DNA from: Octopus sinensis
Lineage: Eukaryota
Assembly (NCBI RefSeq): GCF_006345805.1
Contig: NC_042998.1
Location: 118,110,001-118,174,000, forward strand
Direction of reading: 5' to 3'
Length of the DNA stretch: 64,000 bases
The notes under the pieces were generated by a model that made no database searches, was not told where the DNA came from, and was given only the letters and a program-made list of their open reading frames with translations. How positions within the stretch are numbered: position 1 is the first letter of the stretch; every line of letters begins with the position of its first letter. A program made the translations under genes and the position numbers. This document shows positions 37,832-51,908 of the stretch, piece by piece.

Positions 37832-38618
37832 GTATATATAAGCAGATAGATAGATAGATAGACATATATACATACACATATACATATGTATGGGAGTGGT
37901 ATGTATATGTGTGTGAGCATGTGTATGAGTGAGTATGTGTGTGCGCGCGTGCGTATACATGTGCGAGTACATTTGCTTATGCATGTGATCATATCTTCTA
38001 TATCTTCGTCTTAATCCTTTCCCTCAATGCACAGAACCACACCAATTTTCGTCCTCTCCTTCAAAATTCACAATGGACCAAGCTATTACAAATATAACAA
38101 TCTCTTTACATATCTACTATATGTATCGAAAAATAATAGATGTCAGGAGAAATTTTAATTAGATATTTATTCTAAATTATTTTACTATAGTCTAGCTTCA
38201 TTTTCCTTCTGTCATCGTATGATTCTTAGGTATAGCATCACGTTTTGATTTAGTTTTATTATGTCTACTTGATTGCAGCAAAATCATTTTGTATATTGAA
38301 AATGCGTGGCACTCTATTGAATTTCATAATAAAAGTAAATAGTTATTATTTTATTCAATAGTACGATGTGCATGTTGAACTTACAAGAAATTTATAAGGA
38401 CATAAAATTCAAGTGTATCGTAGTTTGTCAGTTATTTTTTCAGCCAGTGTAAAGAAAAACGACATCTCGTTTCTTGTAAGATTCATAACTTCAAAGATTA
38501 TTAATAGAAGGCACTTCTGTAATATTGTCCCTCTCTCGTCCACGGGCTTGGTAAGTCTTAAACGCATCCACACACACGCACAGTATACACATACATATAC
38601 ATAGTTTTGTGTGTGTAA

Positions 38619-38683
<65 letters not shown>

Positions 38684-38708
38684 CATGCGTGTGTATATAT
38701 ATATATAC

Positions 38709-38761
<53 letters not shown>

Positions 38762-40137
38762 CGTATGTATGTATATTAACGTATAATATATTCCTTAATA
38801 GCAGTAAGACACATGCTACAGCAGAGGAAATCTTCACTAACTTACATTGATATCAATAGAAGTATTAATGGCTCTGTAACCTGGGACAAGGCTTATTGCC
38901 AGAATATTTGACATCGGTTTCCAATATTAGATGGCATAATGAATGGTTTTCTTTGGAAATTAAGCAATCAACTATTTAACGGATTGTATCAGGCATTTTC
39001 AATGTATTTCTGGAATGCATAAGGAAACATGCACATCCTAGATGGTAATATTAAAGTTAGAAATGACAGTAATCACCCTTTTCGTAGTGATATTGATATC
39101 ATAAGGCATCATGAAGGATTTAGAGATCTCGAATCATGCCTTAGTATAACTGCAACGATATAAAGGAAGAAAAAATAATAAATCGTGAAATAGAAGCAAA
39201 ATAATCTAAACCGATAAAAACAAATTCGCACATCCCTTCAATTGAAACAGGAAAAAGATCAATAACGGAAATTGGGATACCAAAGCTTAAGTAGCAAATT
39301 ACAGTAGCTACAACGGGTGAAGTAAAGTTATATAAATGTTATATGTAAATTAATAAACTTCAAATAAATATGATACATGTAGTGATATACTTGAAATCGA
39401 TGTAGTGGGCTCTCTGAATTCGCTTTAAAATTATAAATAGATTGATAATGGAACCGAGCAGCATGTAATATGTTATTATTTTAAAGCTTCGTTTTTTTTC
39501 CGTTTCTATGGGTAATGTATTTGATCCTGTACTTCATCAAATGTTTTGTAATATTATTTTATAATGATTACGTTTCACTTGGCAAAAGAAATATTAGTCT
39601 GAATTCGGTCAATGAAACAATTAATAGATTTTGGGCCTTCTACTGGAATATCTGTTTGTTTGTATACGTACACTGTCATTTACTTACATAAATTACCAAC
39701 ATTCTGATATTGATACAATCACTTCACTGGAAATAATTACAACGAGTTTTCTGAGTGTTCTACCATTAAGCAAAGCGCCTGGCAACTTTTTCCATCTTAT
39801 AAGGGTAAATACCTAATCTTTCTCTGCGGTTCTTAAAAGTACGCTATGTTCCAAATTAGCTTTCGTGCCTGTAAAACACCAATATGTACAGGTGCTTCGA
39901 AAGTTTGTTTATAAAATGTTGTTACTTTATTAGAATATTTTGACAAATGACACTTTACTTCAATATCCAACAGTTTTTTCGCCCTGTAGCAAAATGCATT
40001 CATCCTCTAAATATTAACTGAATTGAGAACTGCTTTTCATCCTTGATGTCAATAACACATTTGATTAACTCAGTAGTGATGTCACTCTCGAAAGGCATTG
40101 TGCTAAGTAGGTTGACTTGGAAGAGGACATAGTTACA

Positions 40138-40321
40138 CTTTTACTCTTTTACTTGTTTCAGTCATTTGACTGCGGTCATGCTGGAGCACCGCCTTTAGTC
40201 GAACAACTCGACCCCAGGACTTACTCCTGGTAAGCCTAGTACTAATTCTATCGGTCTCTTTTTGCCGAACATCTAGGTTACGGATGGAAGGACAAATTCA
40301 GACACACAAACATATACACGC

Positions 40322-40368
<47 letters not shown>

Positions 40369-40492
40369 GTCTACCAAATCCACTCACAAGGCTTTGGTCG
40401 GCCCTATGCTATAGTAGAACACACTTGCCCAAACTGCCACACATTTGGACTGAATCCGGAACCATGTGGTTCATAAGCTACTTACCACACAG
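40138..40492 (-). mobile_element. tRNA-derived SINE family A, near full length, internal (TA)n
   Basis: tRNA-like head, shared body with 34866-35143, and 3' tail GGCGGTGCTCCAGCATGACCGCAGTCAAATGACTGAAACAAGTAAAAGAGTAAAAG. Confidence 0.9.
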
Positions 40493-41405
40493 GTACTCAG
40501 GTAAAACTGAAAATGCAAAAGAGCATTCAGTAAACAAATACTATACTCGAACCATTGATAATGTTTCGAGTAGTGCAACACTTCCTTTGTAATCGAATAT
40601 ACGTGGATGAAACTCAAACGTCGTTCTTTACTATTGACGAATACGCAATAACATGAACGAAGTCAGATGTTGTCTGATTCCCGAACTTCTTTACTCGATA
40701 ATCACATGTAGTATTCAAAGGACCTTGAATATACAGTTGCCTTCGAATTGTTTCCCGAGATTTACTGATGTTTCTGCGGGAACATTTGTAATGGACCCAT
40801 ACTCAGAGCAAAATTCACATCGCCGATATGCGGAATGCTATTGACATAGTAGTCTCAAAATATTGATTGATTCAACTATTAGCCATGGTAAATATACACG
40901 CAAAATAATAAAAGTGGTGAATATATATATATATATATATATATACAATCAACATAGAGAACCTAACTACAAAAGTGTTAATACTACGATGATTTATCAT
41001 GCAATTAAACGTACCAGCTGCAAGCCAAATTTTGAAAGGTTGCATTTTAATATCTATTATTGTCAGGTGCATATATAACGTATTTACACAGGAACTCAGG
41101 AAAATTGGAACTAAGGAGTAGTATTGGTAATGAAAGTTTATATCATATAGCAGTTTTACCAGTGTCACTAGATTAGCCATAAATAGTTATTGTCAAAATC
41201 GGTAATAAGCATATATCAAGGAATAAATCATTTGATTTTGATTACATATTCTACAAGTTAAAGCGTGACGCAGCTGCTATACATGTCAACACATTTTGAA
41301 TGTCTGAAAATAAAGTTGATAATTAAAATATTCATTACTACAAGTCGTTTTTCAACGAGTCCTATACACATACACAAACACATACACATGCACACACACA
41401 CACAT

Positions 41406-41473
<68 letters not shown>

Positions 41474-41816
41474 TGTATATGTATATCTATCTATCTATGC
41501 ATATATATATGTGTGTGTGTGTGTGTGCGTGTATGTACATGTAAGTGTATATATATATGGATATGCAACCTCCTTAATAAATAAATGCATTTTCGTTCAA
41601 AACCAATTGTTTTCCCTCTGAGTCTTGGCAACACATATCTGCACACATTCTGTTAAAAGAAATCGGATCTGCGCAGACGCCAACAAATGGCGGTCATGTT
41701 TGTTATTGTGCAACATTTTCACTGTTACAAATTATTAGGCAGGTATAATAAATAGGATAATTGTGTCAGTAGAATCATTTATTTAATCCGAAAGTAAAGT
41801 TTTAACAAAGCGTTTT

Positions 41817-42561
41817 TCATAAACGTATGGTAAACTTAATATTACGTTCAAATGAAGATAATCTTGGGATTATAATGTCATACAGCTTCTTACGTTGGAT
41901 GTATTGTCCTCCACATGCAATAAACCTCCTTACGCCCTGATCCACTGAATTTGTCAACATGATTTCCTCTTGTGTCATGCTTTGAGCAGCATCTACAATT
42001 GCATCCCAGATTACAACTTTACTTGAAAACTGTTCTCCATCTTGGTAAATGCGCCTCTTCGGGACACTCCACAGGTTCTCGATCAGGTTTAAGTCAGAGG
42101 AACAAGGTGGCCACTCTACCAAATGACCTCCAGAGAATTCTACTTGCTGCAGGTATTCCTCAGGATTCTTCCCTGCATGAGACGGGGAGTTATCTTGCAT
42201 GAAGACCAACTTTCTCTTAAATGAAAGATTTTGCTTTTTGAACCTTGGTTAGAAATTTTAAGAAGGTAACATATGTCTTCGATGTCATCTTAATGCCATC
42301 TGAAAATTTCTATGGCCCGACCACCATACCACCAACGACACCAGTCCAGATCATGCCTTTAAGCGCTACTAGCAGAACAGTTGAAAATCTATATTAATAT
42401 ATTCTTTTGCTCATTTCAGTCCCTTCTTCTTATGAACAGCCTTCAGAATAGGGCCTTGTAAGAGGTTTAATAATCTTCGCTATTTGCTTCAAGAGGCAAC
42501 ACCTGGTAGTTTTCGATACGTCTTCCCTGCTGTTTCTGGGGTATCCCAGAGTATGGGATAT

Positions 42562-42566
<5 letters not shown>
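41817..42566 (-). mobile_element. Tc1-like DD37E (TRT family) transposase remnant
   Basis: VSKTTRCCLLKQIAK, GMIWTGVVG..VGP, FMQDNSPSH..WPPCSSDLNLIENLWS. There are 37 residues between D and E in ORF 41817..42209. Confidence 0.85.
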
Positions 42567-42600
<34 letters not shown>

Positions 42601-42604
<4 letters not shown>

Positions 42605-43769
42605 CGTGAAAGAAGTAAATAGACCCCCTTATAAACATTAAAATTCATTTGAATCTGAAATTCTGTATTCAAATTATTTGTTAGTAGTTATAATGTGAAC
42701 ATTTAATATTTAGTAGACATACTCTTTGCATTTTTCAATACAAGTACCCTGTTAGGCATGTTACTGATCAGATGGTGAATATTCTCTTACGGAATTTTTT
42801 GCTAAGTTTCATGCAATAATCTCAAAAGATCTAGTTTGAAGATGCTTTCTTCTTCTGCTTATGAAATACCTTTCCATCATGCCTCACTGGTGGTCTATAG
42901 GGTTCATATCTGTTGACTCGCTTGGTTATGGAAACAAATCTTGTGTAATTTTAACCGTGTAAGAAGGAATCCCATCTTCCATAAATAGTCTTCTTTAATC
43001 ATTTCACCACTAGAGATGTTTGGAAAGAGTCCTTTCTGCAATATGGACATATATTTATTTGAGTTTATCTTTCCCTCACACTCCACCAGCTCTGATCAAC
43101 CATTACTCCAATTGTTTCCCAGACCATCACATAATTGCTGCTGTGTTTCAACGCTGGTTGCAATCTTTTCACATCAAATTCTTGATCACAGAGTCTCCAG
43201 ATCCACACACGACCGCTGTTAGGAAATACAGCAAATCTGCACTCATCAGAGAATGACAGTGTCCCAAAATGCTAATGGCGTCTGCACCATCTCACTGGCC
43301 CAATCTTTTCTCCGCTTCATATTGGCTGGTCAAAGATGTGGCTTCCTTCTTCCTGCTCTACCACAGTAATCGAGTTTGTGGAGATACCTGACAGCTGTTC
43401 TGGGACTGACATCAACTTGCGCTGCTATATCAGAGGCCTTGCAACGAGAATTATCCTCCACATTTCTCTGTTAGAGGGCTCTGGTTGATCTGGACAAGGT
43501 GATGTAGACTCCTTCCCCTCTCTGGTGAATAGCACAATCCATCTATTAACTGTAGAAAATGGGATCCCAAGGTTTTCTGCGATTTTACGCTGACTGTATT
43601 CACCCTCAGAATAACCCACTATACGGCTTCTTTGAAATTCAGACAGTTCCGAGTGACATGTAGAATCTGAAACATGAAAATATCACTTAATAAGAAATAT
43701 AAACATTTACAAGTTAGAATAAACAGAAAACGATGTTTAAGTGGTATCTATTTACTTCTAACATGTGTG
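42601..43769 (-). mobile_element. Tc1-like element, decayed
   Basis: TIRs CAGACGTGAAAGAAGTAAATAGA vs reverse-complemented CACACATGTTAGAAGTAAATAGA. Motifs include [60 protein letters not shown] and PSESTDMNPI. Confidence 0.88.
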
Positions 43770-46700
43770 TGCATATATATATATAAATTTGATTAGAGGT
43801 CGTGTTAACCTCTTAAAGGGACGGTTTCATCAAAGGAAATACTGGGTCGATACCTAGTATTTTGGGGGAATTAATTTCCTTAAAGTAATAGGTATATATA
43901 TATATATATGTGTGTGTGTATGTGTGTGTATGTGTGTGTGTGTGTCTATATGTGTGTGTATATATATATAAATACATACATGTATGTCTATACATATATT
44001 GATATATGTATATGTTTGTGTATGTGTGCATATGTATGTGTGCGTGTGTATGTGTGTGAGTGTATTTGTGTGTATGTGTGTGCCAGAATGTGGCTGACAA
44101 ATTAAGTGACTAATAACATAAGACCCTCGTCAATGGATTCTAATTTCTTTCACAAGTTTTAATTCGATGCTAGGTTACAGAAATTGACACATGTCCAATA
44201 CACCACGCAGAAGTTTTGAACCCCCAGACTTGAGGTTATGAGTGAACTGCTAAAACACCCGTTTTGTTATATAACACCAACAGGATGCAAATAATTGCCA
44301 GTTTCTCTAAAGCTTGTATAGTCATTTTGAATAGTCATACAGAATTAATATTATGTGCACAGCATAGTAAATTTTCGATTAGATCTTCACGAGAAAATCA
44401 AATTATCTTTCATAAATGGTACCGTTTCAGGTTACCATATTTACATCTGATATTTGATGCAATTTTAAATATTACCTATTCTGCTTTAAGCGTGCTCAAT
44501 TTGGCGATTTTTTCCGTCTTGCTACCAACTCTAATTACTGAAGTGCAGTATGTTGACATAAAGCAAAGAATTATCAGTAGAGAACATTAGTTTAATTGGA
44601 TTGGGATTTGAAGAATTATAATAAAATCAAGATTATACAGCAACTGACAGACTTCGTGATAATTCTATTTATTGTATGATATGACATTTATTATAATTTT
44701 ATATAAAATACATAATGGACGGCTTTCCTCTATATCAATGAAGGCAACTACACTCAACAAAACAGCATGTTTTTTTTCTTTTGTGTCGCAGGCAGTCACA
44801 TATGTATAACACTGCATGCGCTTCAAAGTTCCGTCTTTTAGGTAATACATCATGGAACTAAGTGAACACCTATGAAAATTAAGAGTGCACATCATATAAG
44901 AAACAAAAGGAAATAGAAAATTATATATCAAGTAAGTATATCACATTTATGATTTTCTTCATATCTATATTGGCATTTACTTTCTTGATGATCAGAATTC
45001 ATTTCATACTATAAATTACAGAAGCCCGACAGGGAGCAGCCAGTGTAATTTTCTTACGATTGTAAATGCTAATTTGATTAGAAACGAACCATTAAATGAG
45101 ATTATAAAGCAATATAGAATATTTGGGACAAAAAATTTGATTAAAAATATGTGTAATGTATTCTACACTTGACACTGTTCTGATGTTTGATTTAAATTGA
45201 ATAAGTATGACTATACATACATAATAATTACATATAAGTTTCTGGTACTCTAAGTGTGTTTTGTTTCAATACATAGATTTTAATCAATTTCGTGTTAGGT
45301 AAATTGGAATGAGCTGAAATATTTTCAGTCCAGTCCTCTTGAAACCTACACGATGAAATACAAGTGTCAGAAATCTCTGCATTTGGTAATGTAGGCTTGA
45401 ACAACAGCGTTTAATGGGAGTTGTTTTTTGAAAGTATGATTCTAGTGGCTTCTTGGCTCGGTACTTTTACTTAAATTTTGTATTTTCTTGCAAGCTTTCT
45501 TTCCTTTGAATCCAACCTCCAAGCGGACACAAATGCCATAACCTTATCCAAAGTTGAGTGATTGAAAGTGAAACTACATCCATCATTGGTTTAAAAAGCC
45601 AATTCATTTCGCATGTCTTTGTTACTGCATTGTTCCTCCACTCTGTTTACAGTAGCAGTGCAGCATTGTCTTAGGTTTCATTTTGTGACAGATACAATTG
45701 TGCTGTTTAACATTAGAGAAAAGCTATTGAAACTTTCTATATTAATGTATATATAATTTGAATGATACTTATTTAAGGTAATATATTACGAGTTAACGCT
45801 GTCGTCTATCCTTACAGGCGATATCAGCAATATGTTGGGTAAAACCTGCAAAGTATATGTTTACTAGTATTTCTGAAAATGAAGTTCAAGAGCTCATATT
45901 GGTAATTTGTGATGGACGGCACAGAGTTGGGATTGTGAAGTTTGGCAACCCGAATGAACATGTGAATCTTCAGATGGTTCTTTGTTTTTATTGCTTAATT
46001 TTTTGATAGCCATATCATATTGATTATCGTCTTTTACTTCCTCTCTGTTGATATTTCTTTATTTGGCAATGGTTTTTAATGTTCCAGACGTCATGGTATT
46101 ATTATTGATGCCAGTGTGGTGTACATTCACTGTTATTATAAAGTTCGATATATATTCTGACAAATATAAAAGCAAAAATTCTGAAGTTTTTAACTTTACA
46201 TGATTTCATTTCATTTGATGCTCAAGAATACGTCTGAGGAATTTTGTTGCATAGTTTAGGGTGTAGAAGTAGTCGCTTCCAAAACTAAATCCACAAGTGA
46301 TGCCTGTCTATTCTTGCCGAATTTACAATTGCAGAGAATTATTTTTACTTCTTTTGGGGACAGAGAGATTCGCATTCGTGTATATCTTTGTTCATCTCTG
46401 ATTTATTTTACATTTTCGGTGTTTATTTTCAATTCTCCTCATTTTAAATCTATTTCCTCCTTAATCCTGAAATTCCACTTCTAGAATTTTGTCGGATGAG
46501 AATGTTTGTGTACTTTCACTCGTCGTTTTAGAAATACTGAACAGATTGAACTAATATGCGCATTTAGGATCCATTAGATGTGGCTGAAGTATCGGCAAAG
46601 TTATTAGGATTAAAAACCTTTTGTTCGTACGTTTTCTCAGGGTTCATTTCCATCTACACAGCACTGCCAACCAATTATTTTCAGCAGCAATTCATCTTTA

Positions 46701-48887
46701 ACATATTTCATGTATCCTTAGTATATATTCTCCTATCTATTATCTTTTAATATCTTATAAATGTAAAGAAATGTATTTTAAATGTTTGTCAAAATACGAT
46801 ATTTATTTTCCTTTCGCTCTCCCTAACCATCCTTTTCTCCTGCACACATTCATTATTTACTGACAAAATAAACATCCCTTTTTTTAAGTCATAAGCGTAG
46901 TTATAAACTCGCTAGATCAGTGGTTGAGTAGTGAAATATCTGAATTCCTCACACACCTCCATAATGAAGTTTAAAATTGCTTTTAAAAGTACATTATAGA
47001 GGTGACTATAGAACATCAGTATCGCTATCTCCAATCCTCATATGTAGGTATATTTCTAATACGTTCTTTCAACATTAAAAATGCAATAGAATGATTTTTG
47101 CAAAATAATACATTTACAGATATTTTTATTGTCTATAGGTATCAGGTTGAAACGTTTGCCATGTTAGAGTTTCTGACAATTCCATTTCAGGACAACTTCT
47201 CAAAAGCTACGTTTCAGCTAGTAACATTTTATCTCAAATATCTCTACAAATTCATCGCTTGCGGCAGTGAGACACTTACCGGTTAATGCGATTAGCAGAC
47301 TGGTCACAACATGCTTATTTTAGCCTACGATATTAAAGATGCGGCGAACTGTGACGGGAAGTTCCAACTATTAGTGACTAAATTTCAACTTAGATAAAAT
47401 TAATATCCAGCAACATCGCTGCGGGGTGCCTCACACTCAGGTGAGACACTTATATTCCAATCTAAATGCATCCGTTATATATCTTCAGTTGCCTCATTGT
47501 ACGTTTCCACTTGTCAAGCGATCCCACGCTTGCCTACTTCTTCAGTTCTTCATATTCATTAAGAATATCATCAGCAGTACTATTATCAAAGTGCCGCCGG
47601 TGACTAGGAAGCAGTATCTTCCTAGTAACCGAAGAAGCTTATATATGACTGCGAATGCTTTTTCTTCAATTTCTAAGTTATATTTAAGCGACTTTCAAAA
47701 ATCATACTTCTTCCACGTTTCAATTGATATTTCATATTTAAATTTATAATTTAGTACAAATAGCAAATATTGATTTACTATTCCATGGAAATTTAAATTT
47801 AAAGTAGGTCCTAAATAATTAGAACGAGTTATTTTCATTTTACAGATCTTTCTGAATTAAGTCTTATCGGTTCAGTTCATAAAAATTATCTTTTACTTCC
47901 GTTATATGATTGTTATTGTTCATACGACTAATCGAGCTGACTTACGATCAAAGATTTTGCTGTTGGCATTAGCCAAGACTACAATTTTCATCATATCATT
48001 TGATTTTAACGTATATTATTATGGAAATATATGAATAGAGCCATATATCATAATCTCTGTTTCTTTGATCATTTATTTAGGCATGTGTTCAGGAATATTA
48101 TTATATAGTGTCGTACTCTAGTCCTTGTAGGTTTGATATATGTTAGTTAGCTATTCAGGAAAAACGAGTCCCCCTTACCCACAGCACACATGCTTTGTTC
48201 ACCATTCTAAACACTGAGTAGTTCAGTCAATATTTGTAGTATCAGATATTTTGGATGTATTAGCTCTAAATTTACTTTGAATCTATTAATCGATTTGTTA
48301 TACTTTGTCCGCGCATATTCGCAGACTAGAAATGGAACATGTTCTGATAAGAGATTTCTGTTGATCTACGTGTAGAACCATTCAGCTGTTCCATATAACA
48401 TATAGAAAATTGAAAATATTGTTTCTGGACTACGATATTTGAGTTTGTATAGTTTTTTTCATTATTTCTCATTATGCTCCTCTCAAACAATGATAATATA
48501 AGTTTGAGATCTGACCCATCTGTTTGTGTTTTTCACATTCCGTTACAACTTTTACATCAATAATAGGAAATTTTGCATTTCCTTATCATCCACTGACGAC
48601 AATTGATTTACTATTAATCTTAATGACTCTCATTTAATTTTTTTACGGCACAGAAAAAATATTAATCCTAATAATATTATTTACTTCAAATTTTTGCTTT
48701 TTGATATTCGTGTGTTGACGGATTGCATCATGAGAACCGTTTAACAGTAAATGTATATTTCCTCTCAGTATTTAGTCCACATACTTGTCAATCAGTAAAT
48801 ATTTTTTTGCTTTTAAACTTGCCTCAGAATATTAACCACAATTGTGTACATGTATACATATATATACGAGCGCGAGCACATACACGA

Positions 48888-48917
<30 letters not shown>

Positions 48918-48921
<4 letters not shown>

Positions 48922-49121
48922 GCAATGATGGATCGTTAGCCACTACACACATTTTTTCTCTCGTTGTTTGTCTCTTTGTTTTTTTCTGTGTCCCTTTCTG
49001 TAGAAGAGCGTAGGTTCGAAACGTAAAATACTTTTTCTATTCCTGAGCGTTATAATAATACATCTGTTTGTTTTGTACACCATCTGTCTTCGTCTTTTGT
49101 TTTTTTTTCGTAAACTCTCCC
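48918..49121 (+). mobile_element. Short (~200 bp) non-autonomous hammerhead-containing element, copy 2
   Basis: Aligns with 11598-11783. The HHR at 48994-49029 reads CTTT-CTGTAGA-A-GAGC-GTAG-GTTC-GAA-ACGT-A-AAAT. Confidence 0.8.
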
Positions 49122-49184
<63 letters not shown>

Positions 49185-49930
49185 AAACATACAGATATAC
49201 ATACATATGTATATACCCACATTTATTTATAATTACGTTGATAATGTACTGTAAAGATGAGGAAAATGAAATGCAGGTTTTATATAGGAGTCCAGATATT
49301 GGAACTTCGGAAGTCGTAGAGATTATCCGGTAACTACTGGTTTTTTCCGGAGATATGGAAAGGAACCGAATTCTACTTCCACATGTATGGCTTTCTAGCA
49401 GTTGTTATATCCAACTACAGATTTTGGTAGCTCTGTATAGGCCTTATTCAAAGTGGAAGATCTCCGGTGTGTGGACGCAGTCAAAACACCTACTGTGACA
49501 CTTCCTACTGTATATGGCAATTTAGTATCTGTTGCAGCTATCTATATCACATGCTACAGCGTTTACAGCATTCTCAGAACATTCAGGTGCACATATAATG
49601 TAACCATTTTGATACCCGGTGCGAATCATCATGAAACAGCTAATTCTTTTCCAATATTCAGATGGTTCCTATCGTCCTTGTTATAGCATTTTGTTAACTA
49701 CAACTTTCAGCTTTATTCCTTGAAATGCGGTTGACAGTTCACTAATAGATCAAACTGTTTATGAAAAAATGCGACGTAAAAATCGTCAAATTTATCTCGA
49801 ATCCATTGGTATTCACGTTAGCATTTATATATAGAAGTTGTAATGAACACAATCAAAAATCTGTCAACACATGAGAGACAAGTTTTAACAAATATTGCAT
49901 TATCTTAAAGATGAAAAGAAAGGCAAAATG

Positions 49931-49966
49931 CGTCAACGTTTCGCCTGTAAGTCTTTCATAAGAAGA
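49931..49966 (-). ncRNA. Degenerate hammerhead-like motif in a PLE-tail-like region
   Basis: The minus strand reads CTTATGA-AAGAC-TTACA-GGC-GAAACGTT, with G5 and one stem II pair broken; pyrimidine-rich neighbourhood. Confidence 0.35.
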
Positions 49967-51508
49967 AAACACTAGAGGACTAAAAGGGGAAAAACTGTGG
50001 TTGAGCCGAATACAAATAAGGAAAAAACCAGCGGTAATTTAGGAGCCAGAAGCGCGAAACTGTAGAAGAAAAGAAGAAAAGGAGAAAAGTAAATGTTTAT
50101 AAATAAATTAGGGAGACTAAAGAATGAAGACAAAATGAAGTAAATATGTGATGAAGATTAATGAAAGCTGTACAGTTCAAGGTGTGTGAAATATAATTAA
50201 GAGGTACGCATGTGTTAAAAACATGTAAATAAGATTTTTTTTTAAACGATGTAAACGTGACACCACAAGAATGACATGTTCCCTTGTTCATACCTTCCCA
50301 TTTATGCAACAGCCACTCAAACTTCTACTACATGGCTTCATTCCTTTTGCCTTCCCTTTTACCTCATACTTTTAAATACATACATACAACCCTTAAAATC
50401 CCCTTCACCTCTCCCAATTATGGTTATCTCAAAGCATCGCCGTGCCGCTACCATGCACACACGCCAAACCTTCTCACTTCTTATTCTTCCTCGTCCTGGC
50501 TCCTAACCACTCAGCGCTGTTCTTTTCTCTCTTTTTTCTTTATTTTCTACCATATTCCATCTTTCTCGTTCCTCCTATTCTTTTCTTCCACCTGCTGTAG
50601 TATTTTGGGGACAGTCTATCTTTATTCACAGCATTTTCGTATGATGTTTCGTTAATGCATGTGTATGTATGTATTTACATGGATAATATAATATGCTTTA
50701 TAAAATTATTGCAGCTCAATGGAATCGATATTTCTATTAGGGAACCATTTTCCCCATGCGAATGTAATCTAGATTATAAATCTGTATTAATGACGAAAGT
50801 ATGACTACGCACGTTTTCTCAAGATTCTGCAGAGTGTGTTTTTATCAAATGTTTTCGGTCGGTGCATTTATATATACTACCAATGCAGTGCTAAAAATTC
50901 CTTTGGTTGCTTTCACAATTTTCATTCATTCTACAATTGTTTTATTAACTGTTTTATTATATGCTACATTCAGGTATGGTGGAAAGACTTTGGTATTTTC
51001 TGTAAAACAGAACTGTTATGCATCACTTGGAGTATTTCAGCTCGGTCTTTACTGTTGTTGATCATGTCATTTTCTTCTTTAACAGATATTAACATCATTA
51101 CCCTTAAATGTCATGCTTCGTTTGGGCTTTAGAATTTATACATTTTTTGTTGATGTTATCTTCCAAACTAACCTACGTTAGCTGATCCTCTCTTTTATAT
51201 TATTGTTTAAAGAAAATAATTGCGGTCTATTGTCATTCACTACCCATCGTTATTATCAGATACTGTAAGTAAAATATTTCTTCTAATAGAAAGCCTAATT
51301 GTTCTATGCTGTATATAAAACATTTACTGTTTTGTTTTTTTCTCATTTCGCTATCTAGTCTTCTTCATACACCATTTTATGATAATATAATTATGAATCA
51401 TTACTAAAACAATAAGAATGCCCATAACCGTCGTGTTACTTGTGTTTTTTAGGGCTAATATATGAATTTATATCTCTCTTTTTTAAGTATTCATTTTCTT
51501 AATTGAAA

Positions 51509-51908
51509 GCGGCGAGCTGGCAGAAACGTTAGCACGCCGGGCGAAATGCGTAGCCGTATTTCGTCTGATGTTACGTTCTGAGTTCAAATTTAGCCGAGGT
51601 CGACTTTCATCCTTTCGGGATCGATAAATTAAGTACCAGTTACGCAATAGGGTCGATATAATCGACTTAATCCGTCTGTCTCTCCTTGTTTGTCCTCTCT
51701 GTGTTTAGCTCCCTGTGAGTAGTAAAGAAATATGTATTTAGTCTATTTAGTCTATCTTTACGTTCTGAGTTCAATTTCCGTCGAGGTCAACCTTGCCTTT
51801 CATCCTTTCGTGGTCGATAATTAAGTTCCAATTGCGTACTGGTTTCAATCTAGTCGACTGGCGCCCTCCCCAGAAAATTCGGGTCTTGTGCCTACAGTAG
51901 AAAAGATT
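51509..51908 (+). mobile_element. SINE family B dimer (51509-51732 and 51757-51908) flanked by a 10-bp direct repeat
   Basis: tRNA-like head GGCGAGCTGGCAGAAACGTTAGC..GAGTTCAAATT. The two units have different 3' tails. TTCTTAATTG occurs at 51496-51505 and 51912-51921. Confidence 0.9.

Noticed and set aside
39810-39872. Minus-strand micro-exon with AG/GT boundaries
   Set aside because: All three frames contain or end in a stop, and such sites are common in AT-rich DNA.
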